64,000 nucleotides of DNA, from positions 14,880,001-14,944,000 of the forward strand of contig OZ024749.1 in assembly GCA_964016885.1 (NCBI GenBank). Reading direction: 5' to 3'. Positions 35,325-49,986 of this stretch are shown here, in pieces (positions within the stretch are counted from its first letter, which is position 1; the number at the start of each line of letters is the position of its first letter). A program made the translations under genes and the position numbers. The stretch comes from Eledone cirrhosa. Taxonomy: Eukaryota. A model generated the notes under the pieces. The model was not told where the DNA came from and did no database searches. It saw nothing but the letters and a program-made list of their open reading frames with translations.

Positions 35325-35677
35325 AGTATACTCTTCATATACGTTGCAAAGGTTGGAGAGAAATGAAGCGAGCATGCTTCAATGGATGTATAATGTTAAT
35401 GTGTGAGATCAACACAGAACAGATGAACTGAGAGAGAAACTGGGTATTAGAGGAATCAGGTGAGAGAAAACTGTACTGGTATGGACATGTGATGGAGACC
35501 GCTGGGTGATGCCAAGAAATCCCAGTGGAAAGAAGACCTGGGCAGAGGTGGTTAGAGATGTAAAATGGCTGAAGTTAACAAATATGATGACAAAGGAACG
35601 CGGGGAGAAGAGAGATGCTGGGCTGGAAAACACCTGTACAAACCATGATATCATGGAAAAACGGACATATGATGATG
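35325..35677 (+). mobile_element. Old RTE 3' fragment
   Basis: [38 protein letters not shown], followed by a GGAAAAACGGAC..ATGATGATG tail. Confidence 0.8.
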
Positions 35678-36769
35678 TTAGGTATACTATGCCTGAATAT
35701 GAGACAGGATCATCATAGCTGGAATATATTTGATCCATAGGTCTAAATCTTCTAGATCAGTACTGACCTGGGGCTAAACAAGGTGAGATCAATTATTAGG
35801 TGAGGGATACAACAGCAAGCCACAAGATCAGGGTTGGCCCAGGGCTAAAATATCAACACCCCCAGCAACAATAACAGTTTTCACCACCACCATCAACATC
35901 ACCAATTACATCACAAACAACAACAATACCAACAACTACATTTCAAACAACAACAATAACAACTACACCACTACCACCACCACTACCAACAACACCAATA
36001 ACACCACCAACATCAACATCAACACCACCAACAACATCAACACCACCAACAACACCACCAACATCAACACCACCACCACCACCAATAGCATCAACACCAC
36101 CACCAACACCACCGGCAACACCACCACCAATATCAACACCACCACCGGCAACAGCAACACCACCACCACCACCACCACCGGCAACAGCAACACCACCACC
36201 AACAGAGCTACTACCACCACACCACCACCACGAGCAACAACAACAGCAACATCACCAAGAAGACACCCTGTTTCCCCGCCCCCTATCTGTCTGTCTGTGT
36301 GTCAGTTTGTCTGATCTATAAAAGGACCAATAGATGGAGCAATGACAACACCCCACCCACCCACCCCTGTCATGTCCCCACCCACCCTGCTACCACTGTA
36401 TAGCAGCAGCAGCAGCAGCAGGCACAGTAGCAGCTTCCAGGACATTTTAGATGGATAATCTCTATGGAAACACATGAGTAACTAAGCAACAAAGATGCTG
36501 CTGCTGCTTTTACTACTGCTGATGATGATGATGTTGATGATGATGATGTTGAGGATGCTAGTGTTATCGGTGATATTGTTGATATAAATGATGATTATTG
36601 ATGATGATGGCACTGTCGATGATGATGATGATGATGATGTAGGTGATGTTGACACTGCTGTTGCTGCTGTTTTTGATGTGTCACTGTTGCTATGTCACAC
36701 CATAACAGTTGATATGACAGTTGTGTCACACCATAACAGCAGATGTGACAGTTGTAATGTCACAACACG

Positions 36770-37230
36770 GCCACTTTACAGAGTGGACTGGGTGTATTTT
36801 ATTGTGGCACCAGCACTACCATTTTACAGAGTGGACTGGGTACATTTTATCATAGCACCAGCATTGCCACTTTACAGAGTGGACTGGGTGTATTTTATTG
36901 TGGCACCAGCACTACCACTTTACAGAGTGGACTGGGTGTATTTTATCATAGCACCAGCATTGCCACTTTACAGAGTGGACTGGGTGTATTTTATTGTGGC
37001 ACCAGCACTACCACTTTACAGAGTGGACTGGGTACATTTTATCATAGCACCAGCATTGCCACTTTACAGAGTGGACTGGGTGTATTTTAATGTGGCAGCA
37101 GTACTACAATTTTACAGAGTGGACTGGGTGTATTTTATTGTGACACCAATACCACTTTACAGAGTGGGGTGGGTGTATTTTATTGGAGCACCAACACTAC
37201 CATTTTACAGAGTGGACTGGGTGTATTTTA
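36770..37230. repeat. 48-bp minisatellite, ~9.5 copies
   Basis: Unit CCACTTTACAGAGTGGACTGGGTGTATTTTATTGTGGCACCAGCACTA, with alternating variants. Confidence 0.95.
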
Positions 37231-37289
37231 GCAGTACTACCACTTTTCAACACTAGGGTGCTTTTTAACCAAGCTGGGAAAGGCATTGT

Positions 37290-38727
37290 TGAAAGTAGAG
37301 GGGTGTGAGATGAAAGTGGAGGGGTGTGAGATGAAAGTGGAGGGGTGTGAGATGAAAGTGGAGAAGTGTGAAATGAAAGTGGAGAAGTGTGAGATGAAAG
37401 TAAAGGAGTGGGAGATGAAAGTAAAGGAGTGGGAGATGAAAGTAAAGGAGTGGGAGATGAAAGTAAAGGAGTGTGAGATGAAAATAGAAGAGTGTGAGAT
37501 GAATGTAGAAGAGTGTGAGATGAAAGTAGAAGAGTGTAAGATGAAAGTAGAAGAGTGTGAGATGAAAGTAAAAGAGTGTGAGATGAAAGTAAAAGAGTGT
37601 GAGATGAAAGTAAAGGAGTGGGAGATGAAAGTAAAGGAGTGTGAGATGAAAGTAGAAGAGTGTGAGATGAATGTAGAAGAGTGTGAGATGAAAGTAGAAG
37701 AGTGTAAGATGAAAGTAGAAGAATGTGAGATGAAAGTAGAAGAATGTGAGATGAAAGTAGAAGAGTGTGAGATGAAAGTAGAAGAGTGTGAGATGAAAGT
37801 AGAAGAGTGTGAGATGAAAGTAGAAGAGTGTGAGATGAAAGTAGAAGAGTGTGAGATGAAAGTAGAAGAGTGTGAGATGAAAGTAGAAGAGTGTGAGATG
37901 AAAGTAGAAGAGTGTGAGATGAAAGTAAAAGAGTGTGAGATGAAAGTAAAGGAGTGTGAGATGAAAGTAAAGGAGTGTGAGATGAAAGTAGAAGAGTGTG
38001 AGATGAAAGTAGAAGAGTGTGAGATGAAAGTAGAAGAGTGTGAGATGAAAGTAGAAGAGTGTGAGATGAAAGTAGAAGAGTGTGAGATGAAAGTAGAAGA
38101 GTGTGAGATGAAAGTAGAAGAGTGTGAGATGAAAGTAGAAGAGTGTGAGATGAAAATAGAAGAGCGTGAGATGAAAATAGAAGAGTGTGATATGAAAGTA
38201 GAAGTGTGAGATGAAAGTGGAGAAGTGTGAGATGAAAGTGGAGAAGTGTGAGATGAAAGTAGAAGAGTGTGAGATGAAAGTAGAGGAGTGTGAGATGAAA
38301 GTAGAGGAGTGTGAGATGAAAGTAAAAGAGTGTGAGATGAAAGTAGAAGAGTGTGAGATGAAAGTAGAAGAGTGTGAGATGAAAGTAGAAGAGTGTGAGA
38401 TGAAAGTAGAAGAGTGTGAGATGAAAGTAGAAGAGTGTGAGATGAAAGTAGAAGAGTGTGAGATGAAAGTGGAGAAGTGTGAGATGAAAGTGGAGAAGTG
38501 TGAGATGAAAGTGGAGAAGTGTGAGATGAAAGTAGAGGAGTGTGAGATGAAAGTAGAGGAGTGTGAGATGAAAGTAGAGGAGTGTGAGATGAAAGTAGAG
38601 GAGTGTGAGATGAAAGTGGAGAAGTGTGAGATGAAAGTGGAGAAGTGTGAGATGAAAGTGGAGAAGTGTGAGATGAAAGTGGAGAAGTGCGAGATGAAAG
38701 TGGAGGAGTGTGAGATGAAAGTGGAGG
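37290..38727. repeat. 21-bp minisatellite
   Basis: Unit GAGATGAAAGTAGAAGAGTGT. Confidence 0.97.
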
Positions 38728-39204
38728 ATGAAGGCATTAGGGTGGAGGGGTGCTGGCAAGTTACAAGTAGTTTGGCAAGAGAGAGAGTCATCTCAGTTTT
38801 TGGATGTACAAATAAGAGGAAGTGAGAGGGGTAGGAAGTACTCAATACACAGTTTGTGTAAGTATGCACACAGTTATGGTTTAATATCTCTATAAAGATT
38901 AAGACAGAATTGGCATATTCTATAGAATGTTGGATTAAATTCCTTTAAGAATCTGGTTCCATCTCTTTGGGATCTGGGTCAGAAAAACAAAATAAGAGAA
39001 TCCCCCCTCCCCCACCCCCAAGGTCAACTTTTTCTTTCATCCTTTCTAAAGCAATAAAGTAGGGGTAGAAGGTATGGTGCTGCGAAGTATTTATATATAT
39101 ATATATATATACGTCATGGAGCGATTGCCAGCATGACTCGGAATTTGCGTTACGTTTCGCTTTTTCTACCCGCCGAAATGCGATTCTCGCTGAATTTATA
39201 TTTA

Positions 39205-39263
<59 letters not shown>

Positions 39264-39359
39264 TATGTGTGTGTAAATGGTAAACAGAAATAACAACACA
39301 ATCGGTACAGTATATGGAAGGAATATATTAGTTTAACGCTTGATATAGCAAGAAGAGGG

Positions 39360-39395
39360 TCTTAATGTTTCAGGCGTTAGTCCTTCATCAGAAGA
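39360..39395 (-). ncRNA. Minimal type I hammerhead motif, family A
   Basis: Minus strand reads TCTT-CTGATGA-AGGACTAACGCCT-GAAA-CA-TT-AAGA. Confidence 0.6.
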
Positions 39396-40188
39396 AAGAA
39401 TGAGAAATTAGAAAGATTGAAGGGACGAGTGGGGAGGAATAGGAAAAAAATGCTTTTAGAGAAAAATAACAGGTCCATTCATATTGCCATCTCTTGGAAT
39501 ATACAAATACATCATTATGATTTAATCCCGCCGAGGTTAACTTTGCCTTTCATCCTTACGGGGTCAATAAAATAGAGTACCAGTAATACACTGGGATAAT
39601 TGCTGGCCTTGTGCCAAAAGTAGAAACAATTATGATTTAATGTCTGCTTTTCCTGCTAGCAAAGGTTGGACGGGTCTACATAGATGAAGCCAGAACTGAA
39701 GCAGAGCCACTGATGTCCCACACAGGCCAACGAGGTCTGTATACTCCCATACGGCCATATCAAGTGCAGAGTATAAGTTGTCATGTCTTATATATATCTA
39801 TATCTATCTATATCTATCATCATCATCATCATCATCATCATCTGTCCGCTTTTCCCTGCTTACAAGTATATATATATATATACACATTATATATATCCTC
39901 ATCATCGTTTAATGCCCATCTTCCACGCTAGCATGGGTTGGACGGGTTTGTCCCACTTGAGGCAAGATTGGTCGGGCAACTGTGTCTCGCTCATGCAGAA
40001 CTGTTTATATATATTATATATATCAAACAGAGGAAAAGAAAAACTTATTTGTCACTAATATACTGGACATCTCAATGAAAAGATAGCTAAATATATCTAA
40101 ATCAGGGATACATATAAACAGTTTTGCTTGTATTCTACACGATGGAGACTTTGGCATAAGCTAAACTATGTGTGTGCGTGTGTGTATA

Positions 40189-40244
40189 GCTGCCTGATGA
40201 GGTATCTATTACATAATAGATACCACTGAGATATATATAATAGT
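40189..40244 (+). ncRNA. Degenerate hammerhead-like motif
   Basis: CTGATGA followed by a perfect 10-bp hairpin GGTATCTATT-ACAT-AATAGATACC, then ACT-GAGA (not GAAA)-TATATA-TA. Confidence 0.4.
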
Positions 40245-40259
40245 AAGAGGTATCGACAT

Positions 40260-40528
40260 TGTCAGTCACGATGCGTGTTCCAGTTGATCCAATCAATGGA
40301 ACAGCCTGCTTGTGACTGAGTATTCCACAAACACGCATACACTTAACATAGTTCTCAGGGAGATTCAGTGTGACACAGAATGCGACAAAGCTGGTTCTTT
40401 GAACTACAGGTACAACACATTTTTGACAGCTGAGTAGACTGGAGCAATATGAAATAAAGTGTCTTTCTCAAGGACACAACACATCACCGGGAATTGAACA
40501 CGACCTTACGGTCCTGAGCAGTATACCC
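40260..40528 (-). mobile_element. tRNA-headed SINE (family C), diverged
   Basis: Minus strand has B-box GTTCAATTCC and TCCTTGAGAAAGACACTTTATTTCA, shared with the family A head, followed by a different body. A related head lies at ~43185-43305. Confidence 0.7.
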
Positions 40529-40762
40529 TAACCTTGTGTATGTGTGTTGTGTGGGCTGTGTGTATGTGTGTGTTGTGTGGGCTGTGTGTATGTGTGTGTT
40601 GTGTGTATGTGTGTGTTGTGTGGGCTGTGTGTATGTGTGTGTTGTGTGTATGTATGTGTGTGTGTGTGTTGTGTGTATGTGTGTGTTGTGTGTATGTGTG
40701 TGTATATAATGATTATATTCTGGTACTTAAGTGTGTGCCTCAGTGAAAGATAAAAAATACTG

Positions 40763-41560
40763 CAACCACCACCACCACTACTACCACCACCACAAATCAC
40801 TACTACCACTATCAACACCATCACTACCACCACTATCACTACTACCACTATCAACACCACCACTACCACCACTATCACTACTACCACTATCAACACCACC
40901 ACCACCACTACTACCACCACCACTATCACTACTACCACTATCAACACCACCACTACCACTACTACCTCCACCACTTAACTGAAATTGTTAAAGATACTTC
41001 CTCTTTTTAGAGAGGTCCTTAAGTCATAATTACCAACACTATCATCAACAGAAGTAATATCACGACTACCACCACTACCACCACCATTACACCACTACAC
41101 CACCACCATCATTACACCACTATCACCACCAACATCAATACACTATTATCAACACCATCACCATCATTATTACATCACTATCATCACCACCACCACCATC
41201 ATTACACCACTACCACCACCACCATTACACCACTACCACCACCACCATTACACCACTACCACCACCACCATTACACCACTACCACCACCACCACCACCAC
41301 CATTACACCACTACCACCACCACCATTACACCACTATCAACACCACCACCATTACACCACTACCACCACCATCATTACACCACTATCACCACCACAACCC
41401 TTACACCACTACCACCACCATCATTACACCACTATCACCACCAATACACTATTATCAACACCATCACCATCATTATTACACCACTATCACCAACACCATC
41501 ACCATCATTATTACACCACTATCACCAACACCACCATCATCATTACACCACCACCACCAT
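40763..41560. repeat. (CAC)n-type low-complexity array
   Basis: Direct reading of the sequence. Confidence 0.95.
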
Positions 41561-41624
41561 TTAACAGGTGTGTTTATATAAGACACTTCACACTGTCAGG
41601 AAACACAGCTTATCTGTTGTCTAG

Positions 41625-42540
41625 GGTGTAGTGGTGGCGGTGGTGGTGATTGGTGGTGGTGGTGGTGATTGGTGGTGGTGGTGGTGGTGATTGGTGGTGA
41701 TTGGTGGTGGTGGTAGTGGTGGTGGTGGTGGTAGTGGTGGTGGTGATGGTAGTGGTGGTGGTGGTAGTGGTGGTGGTGATTGGTGGTGATTGGTGGTGGT
41801 GGTGATTGGTGGTGGTGGTGGTGATTGGTGGTGGTGGTGGTGATTGGTGGTGGTGGTGGTGATTGGTGGTGGTGGTGGTGATTGGTGGTGGTGGTGGTGA
41901 TTGGTGGTGGTGGTGGTGGTGGTGGTAGTGGTGGTGGTGGTGGTGATTGGTGGTGGTGGTGATTGGTGGTGGTGGTGGTGGTGGTGATTGGTGGTGGTGG
42001 TGATTGGTGGTGGTGGTAGTGGTGGTGGTGGTGGTGATTGGTGGTGGTGGTAGTGGTGGTGGTGGTAGTGGTAGTGGTGGTGGTGGTAGTGGTGGTGGTG
42101 GTAGTGGTGGTGGTGGTGGTGATTGGTGGTGGTGGTGGTAGTGGTGGTGGTGATTGGTGGTGGTGATTGGTGGTGGTGGTGGTGGTGATAGTAGTGGTGG
42201 TGGTGATTGGTGGTGGTGATTGATGGTGATTGGTGGTGGTGGTGGTGATTGGTGGTGGTGGTGGTGGTGGTGATTGGTGGTGGTGGTGATTGGTGGTATC
42301 AGTGGCAGTGATGGTGGTGATTGGTAGTAGTGGTGGTAGTGGTGTCAGTGTTGTTGGTGGTAGTGGTGTCAGTGTTGTTGGTGCCATAACGGTGGTAGTG
42401 GTGGTGAGGGTGGTGATGGAGGTAGCAGTAGTGGTGCTGGTGTTGGTAGTATGTAATGGTAGTAGTGGTGTAATGGTGGCGGTGGTGGTGTAGGTTATGT
42501 TGATGGTATTGGTGTTGGTAGTAGGTGGTGTGGTTGTTAA
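41625..42540. repeat. (GGT)n-type low-complexity array
   Basis: Direct reading of the sequence. Confidence 0.95.
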
Positions 42541-42734
42541 TAAAAACAATAATAATCCATTCTATAGGCTCAAGGTCACATATTGTGAGGAGGAACAGGA
42601 AGAGGGTGCAACAGGTTTTATCAATCCTAGTGTGTACCCCAGTATTTCACCGGTATTTTAGTTCATATATACTTCAGTAAATAACTGGTACTTCATGTTA
42701 TCTACTCCAGTACTTGACCTAATACACACAGGCA

Positions 42735-42766
<32 letters not shown>

Positions 42767-42769
<3 letters not shown>

Positions 42770-42866
42770 GGTGTCCCCCCAAAAATGTATACACACTTTG
42801 AAAACATTCTAATAAATATTGTCTGTACAGGTAATCAAAGTGTGTATACATTTTTAGGACACCCTG
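42767..42866. mobile_element. 100-bp Tc1/mariner-type MITE
   Basis: TIRs CAGGGTGTCC..AAAAATGTATACACACTTTGA / TCAAAGTGTGTATACATTTTTAGGACACCCTG with TA flanks. A partial copy lies at ~49605-49665. Confidence 0.85.
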
Positions 42867-42954
42867 TATATATATATATATATAATTGTAATAACTTGCT
42901 AGAAATAACCAAAGTATAGAGCAACTCAAATCTGTAGGACAAGTTCCTTTATTT

Positions 42955-43018
<64 letters not shown>

Positions 43019-43048
43019 ATTATTAAGACCCGTTACTCTTCATAATTA

Positions 43049-43082
<34 letters not shown>

Positions 43083-43305
43083 AAATAAAGGAACGATCGA
43101 CTTTCGTCTAATCGGACCAAAGAAACAATGTCTCCGTTGGTCTTTCCAATTGCTAATACTATCTAACGGTCGCAACTCCAGGTAGAAGGAGCAACGTGAA
43201 ATAAAGTGTCTTGCTCAAGGACATAACACATCGCCTGGTCCAGGAATCGAACTCACAACCTCACGATTGTGAATCCAATTCTCTAACCACTCAGCCACAC
43301 GCCTT

Positions 43306-43347
<42 letters not shown>

Positions 43348-44136
43348 AAATACTATTTTATAAAGACTTCCAGCTACAACTTATGCATACAAAAATAATA
43401 TGATGTGTGTGTGTGTGTGAGACCAATGTTAACAGCATGTTCTTTTACCTGCTTGATCTGCCTCTCTGGCATGCAGAACCTCAGGTGAGGGACACCTCAC
43501 GGTACCAATAGGCAGAATCTCAGGTGAGGAGCAACAAAAGGAATAATTACAGCCTTAAAATATTGTCAAGTACTTAGATGAAATGTAGAGAAAGCTGTGA
43601 CTTGATGTGGCCCAATTTTTCTTCAGGATAATGTTTAGCAATCTATGACAAAAGTAAAGCTAGCAAAATTGAGTAAGTTGAGAATCAAAGTTTAACCACA
43701 CCCAGCTTACATCCTTGACCTCTCTCCTAACTACAACTCTTTCAAACACTTTTACAATAATATAAAACATAAACAGTTCTAAAATATAGCAGCTATGGAA
43801 GCTTTTAAAATATTTATGTACTTTGGGAATGCCGAAATTTTATGGGAATTGGCATAAAAGACATAATATATTGGCTGTATTCAATCTCAAGGTAATTTTG
43901 ATTCAATATATTTTAATATACCTGTTTTGTTGAGAAAGAGAGAGAGAGAGAGAAAGAAAGAGAGAGAAAGAAAGAGAGAAAGAAAGAGAGAAAGAGAGAA
44001 AGAAAGAGAGAGAGAAAGAGAGAAAGAAAGAGAGAAAGAAAGAGAGAGAGAAAGAGAGAAAGAAAGAGAGAAAGAGAGAAAGAAAGAGAGAAAGAGAGAA
44101 AGAAAGAGAGAAAGAGAGAAAGAAAGAAAGAAAGAG

Positions 44137-44167
<31 letters not shown>

Positions 44168-44356
44168 GAATTTATTTATCGGTATGACAAAAAAAAAAAG
44201 AAAAATATCAATGATAACAGGCAACAAACTTGAAACAAGTAGGGCACTGGTGTCCATACAATGGCTAAATCCCTTTGAGTCAGTGTCCAGCATGGCCACA
44301 GTCTAATTATAGAAACCAAAGTAAAAAAAAATGAAGATATGCGGCTTTATTGAGGC

Positions 44357-47310
44357 CAACAATCCAACACCCTAACCACTGGACCACACCACACCCCATT
44401 CACTGTGGTCATGTCCAACACCCTGACCACACCACACACATTCACTGTGGTCAACAGTCCAACACCCTGACCACACCACACACATTCACTGTGGTCAACA
44501 GACCAACACCCTGACCACACCACACACATTCACTGTGGTCAACAGTCCAACACCCTGACCACACCACACACATTCACTGTGGTCAACAGTCCAACACCCT
44601 GACCACACCACACACATTCACTGTGGCCAACAGTCCAACACCCTGACCACACCACACACATTCACTGTGGTCAACAGTCCAACACCCTGACCACACCACA
44701 CACATTCACTGTGGTCAACAGTCCAACACCCTGACCACACCACACACATTCACTGTGGTCAACAGTCCAACACCCTGACCACACCACACACATTCACTGT
44801 GGTCAACAGTCCAACACCCTGACCACACCACACACATTCACTGTGGTCAACAGTCCAACACCCTGACCACACCACACACATTCACTGTGGTCAACAGTCC
44901 AACACCCTGACCACACCACACCCCATTCACTGTGGTCAACAGTCCAACACCCTGACCACACCACACATTCACTGTGGTCAACAGACCAACACCCTGACCA
45001 CACCACACATTCACTGTGGTCAACAGACCAACACCCTGACCACACCACACCCCATTCACTGTGGTCAACAGTCCAACACCCTGACCACACCACACATTCA
45101 CTGTGGTCAACAGACCAACACCCTGACCACACCACACACATTCACTGTGGTCATGTCCAACACCCTGACCACACCACACACATTCACTGTGGTCAACAGT
45201 CCAACACCCTGACCACACCACACACATTCACTGTGGTCAACAGACCAACACCCTGACCACACCACACCCCATTCACTGTGGTCAACAGTCCAACACCCTG
45301 ACCACACCACACATTCACTGTGGTCAACAGTCCAACACCCTGACCACACCACACACATTCACTGTGGTCATGTCCAACACCCTGACCACACCACACACAT
45401 TCACTGTGGTCAACAGTCCAACACCCTGACCACACCACACACATTCACTGTGGCCAACAGTCCAACACCCTGACCACACCACACACATTCACTGTGGTCA
45501 ACAGTCCAACACCCTGACCACACCACACACATTCACTGTGGTCAACAGTCCAACACCCTGACCACACCACACACATTCACTGTGGTCAACAGACCAACAC
45601 CCTGACCACACCACACACATTCACTGTGGTCAACAGTCCAACACCCTGACCACACCACACACATTCACTGTGGTCAACAGTCCAACACCCTGACCACACC
45701 ACACACATTCACTGTGGTCAACAGTCCAACACCCTGACCACACCACACACATTCACTGTGGTCATGTCCAACACCCTGACCACACCACACACATTCACTG
45801 TGGTCAACAGTCCAACACCCTGACCACACCACACACATTCACTGTGGCCAACAGTCCAACACCCTGACCACACCACACACATTCACTGTGGTCAACAGTC
45901 CAACACCCTGACCACACCACACACATTCACTGTGGTCAACAGTCCAACACCCTGACCACACCACACACATTCACTGTGGTCAACAGACCAACACCCTGAC
46001 CACACCACACACATTCACTGTGGTCAACAGTCCAACACCCTGACCACACCACACACATTCACTGTGGTCAACAGTCCAACACCCTGACCACACCACACAC
46101 ATTCACTGTGGTCAACAGTCCAACACCCTGACCACACCACACACATTCACTGTGGTCAACAGTCCAACACCCTGACCACACCACACACATTCACTGTGGT
46201 CAACAGTCCAACACCCTGACCACACCACACACATTCACTGTGGCCAACAGTCCAACACCCTGACCACACCACACACATTCACTGTGGTCAACAGTCCAAC
46301 ACCCTGACCACACCACACACATTCACTGTGGTCAACAGTCCAACACCCTGACCACACCACACATTTACTGTGGTCAACAGTCCAACACCCTGACCACACC
46401 ACACACATTCACTGTGGTCAACAGTCCAACACCCTGACCACACCACACACATTCACTGTGGTCAACAGTCCAACACCCTGACCACACCACACACATTCAC
46501 TGTGGTCAACAGTCCAACACCCTGACCACACCACACATTTACTGTGGTCAACAGTCCAACACCCTGACCACACCACACATTTACTGTGGTCAACAGTCCA
46601 ACACCCTGACCACACCACACACATTCACTGTGGTCAACAGTCCAACACCCTGACCACACCACACACATTCACTGTGGTCAACAGTCCAACACCCTGACCA
46701 CACCACACACATTCACTGTGGTCAACAGTCCAACACCCTGACCACACCACACATTTACTGTGGTCAACAGTCCAACACCCTGACCACACCACACATTTAC
46801 TGTGGTCAACAGTCCAACACCCTGACCACACCACACACATTCACTGTAGTCAACAGTCCAACACCCTGACCACACCACACACATTCACTGTGGTCAACAG
46901 TCCAACACCCTGACCACACCACACATTTACTGTGGTCAACAGTCCAACACCCTGACCACACCACACATTTACTGTGGTCAACAGTCCAACACCCTGACCA
47001 CACCACACACATTCACTGTGGTCAACAGTCCAACACCCTGACCACACCACACACATTCACTGTGGTCAACAGTCCAACACCCTGACCACACCACACATTT
47101 ACTGTGGTCAACAGTCCAACACCCTGACCACACCACACATTTACTGTGGTCAACAGTCCAACACCCTGACCACACCACACATTTACTGTGGTCAACAGTC
47201 CAACACCCTGACCACACCACACCCCATTCACTGTGGTCAACAGTCCAACACCCTGACCACACCACACACATTCACTGTGGTCAACAGTCCAACACCCTGA
47301 CCATTAGACC
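44357..47310. repeat. ~44-bp minisatellite, more than 60 copies
   Basis: Unit CACTGTGGTCAACAGTCCAACACCCTGACCACACCACACACATT, with 40-44-bp variants. Confidence 0.98.
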
Positions 47311-47627
47311 ACATCTTCACTATAAATGAAACCAGTAAACCAGTAAAAATGTTCTACGTTTGGCTGTTTCAGGAGTGTAATTGGGGTTTTATTTTTTATG
47401 TTGCCTTCTGGGATGTTTTTTTTAGATTTGACTATTATTGAATGTGGTCGTGTGTGTGTGTGTAAACGCATCTATATAACAACACATTACTAAATTGTGT
47501 ACATGAACACAAACACATATATACACACACGCGCAAGAGTATTTGCATGCATGTGTACATAAATGTGTGTGTGTGTGTCTGTCTTTATGTGTGGATACAT
47601 ATATAACTATTTATATATATATAACAT

Positions 47628-48063
47628 GTGACCGAATGCGAAACGAGGAAATCCTGCGGAGAGCTGAGTCGTGGAGGAGTCGTGACAGGGCCGTCTTAAC
47701 AGCATTATAGGCCCCCGGGCAAAACAGGGCACTGGGGCCCCTCCCTACACAACCACTCACAGGAATAAAAATACAAATGGGCCCCCGGCAACTGCCAGCG
47801 TGACCATGCGTTAACACGGCCCTGGGTCGGGGGCTATTTTCTGCGCCTGCCCGACAAACGACACTCGAAAACAGTGATGAACTGGACTCCACCTGGCGGC
47901 AAACGGAAGCGGGGTTGCCTCGGGATCACCTGGCGACGAACGTTCCAAAAAGACCTGATGGCAGCCATCATCACTTGGCACGGACGCGAAAAAAACCGTC
48001 GCTGGTCGTGACCGTTGGCGAGTCCTTAATGCTTGATGTACCGAACGACGCGGAAGAATCTGA
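47628..48063 (+). mobile_element. RTE-clade 3' ORF fragment interrupted by a MITE
   Basis: DRMRNEEILRRA / LRLPDKRHSKTVMNWTPPGGKRKRGCLGITWRRTFQKDL..RDRWRVL. Confidence 0.8.
47686..47824. mobile_element. hAT-like MITE
   Basis: TIRs CAGGGCCGTCTTAAC / GTTAACACGGCCCTG and internal GGGCCCC motifs. Confidence 0.8.
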
Positions 48064-49921
48064 TATATAACATGTGTGTGAGTGATTACATACATCTGTA
48101 GATGTACACACACACACCTATATATAGACACGCAAGAATGTATACATAAATATGTGTGTGTGTTTATGAATAGATACATATACATATATCTATATAACAA
48201 TGTCATGTGTCTAAACATACATACATGTGTACACACGTGTATACACACACACGCAACAATGTATGTATGCGTGTGTATATATGTATATAAATGTGTGTGA
48301 TTGTGTAGACATACATCTATCTATATACAACACGTGTCTAAACATACACATATCAGTGCTAACGTATTCGTATATATGTGTGTATATATACATGCGACTG
48401 TATATAGTATATTAAGAAAACTTTAATAGCAACACACATTCTTTTGTGCGTCTCTCTCTCTCTCTCCCTCTCATATACATACATATATATATATGAGTTA
48501 GATTTCCATTTTATTCCTCTGAATGGTTAAATGATATAAAAACTATAGTTTACCGTATGTCCACACACGAAAAAACTTCGAACGATGTAAACAAACTTTG
48601 CATGTAGTCGAGAAAACGTTAAAACTTATGGAAGACTAAACATACTATATTTATTAGTAATACATATATATATATATATATAGCTGCTTTCACCCTTAAC
48701 GGAATCTTCTGAAGATCCCGTTAAGGGCGAAAGCAGCGATTCTTTGCTTAAACTTTAATCTGTTATTTTAATAAATATATATATATACTATGGTAGAGGG
48801 GGGGGGGGGGGGGGGCTGTTGGAAAAATATATTGCAGTCTCCTCCATTTTATGTCGCAAAAACTGGCGATGGATCTGTGACCTGTTCTGGGAGGCGTGGA
48901 ATGTATGCAAAAAAAAAAAAAAAAAAAAAAAAAAAATGCGTATCCCGAGACCTCCAAAGAGGGCTAGGAAGGGAGCAAATCATGACATATTCTAGACCTG
49001 TCAACTCTCCCCGTCGGACGGGGAGATCTCCCACCCACTTTGGTGAGGGTGAGAGAGGTCTTCTCTTGTGAAAATAGTTATAGTTTTCATTATGTAAAAT
49101 CTCCCCGTTTTGGGACACACTTTTACATGGTACTTCCCGTTTGGTCATTTAGTGGTAGGCAGCTCTGTGTTTAGTTTGACCCTTAAACCTTTTTTTTTTT
49201 TTCGTGTTTTTCGACATTCTAACATGCGGTTGGTAACAAACTATCTTTTTTGTATTAATTAACGATTCTTGAGTTCAAATCTCGCCGAGGTTGGGTTTGC
49301 TTTTCATCCATCCTTACGAGGTCGATAAAATAAAGTACCAGTACTGGTTCGATTTAATCGACTTTTCCTCTTCAAAAATTGCTAGCCTTGTGCCTAAATT
49401 AGAAACCTGAAGAATTCAATAGAGAGGAATACACTGCTATTACCTTCTGTATTTGAAACAAACGAGTGTAAATCATTAAATAGGTGTTTCTACTTTTGGC
49501 AGTACATTACTGGTACTTTATTTTATCGACCTCGTAAGGATGAAAGGCAAAGTTAACCTCGTAAATCATTAAATAATGTATTGAACCTTGGTTATTTATT
49601 TATATACATACACACTTCAACAACATTCTAATCAAAAGTGTATACATTTTTGGGGGAACACCCTGTATATATACACACATACTTAAATCTATATATATAT
49701 GTACACATACACATGTATGTATATATAAACACACACATGTATGTATATGTATAAACACACACACATGTATGTATGTATGTATATATATATACACACATGT
49801 ATGTATGTATGTATGTATGTATATATATACACACAAGAATGTATGTGGATCTGTGTTGCCATCATTAAAGTTTTCTTAATATACTATGTTCTATTAAATA
49901 CACGTGTCCCGTGTCTGTAAC

Positions 49922-49986
<65 letters not shown>

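Noticed and set aside
36315-36345. TATA and CCAAT promoter motifs
   Set aside because: The order is reversed relative to a typical promoter and no downstream gene is evident.
33507-38869. Repetitive ORFs (FHGKGFTSHNI.., YRVDWVYF.., MKVEECE..)
   Set aside because: Unit lengths of 60, 48 and 21 are multiples of 3. The 60- and 21-bp arrays are open in several frames, and none has a unique domain or splice evidence.
44357-47310. CRISPR-like regular array
   Set aside because: Head-to-tail units with no unique spacers, no cas genes, and a eukaryotic context.
48683-48775. CTGAAGA-TCCCGTTAAGGGC-GAAA as a hammerhead
   Set aside because: CTGAAGA is created by the palindrome junction (the 55721 copy reads CAGAAGA), and there is no UH or stem III after GAAA.
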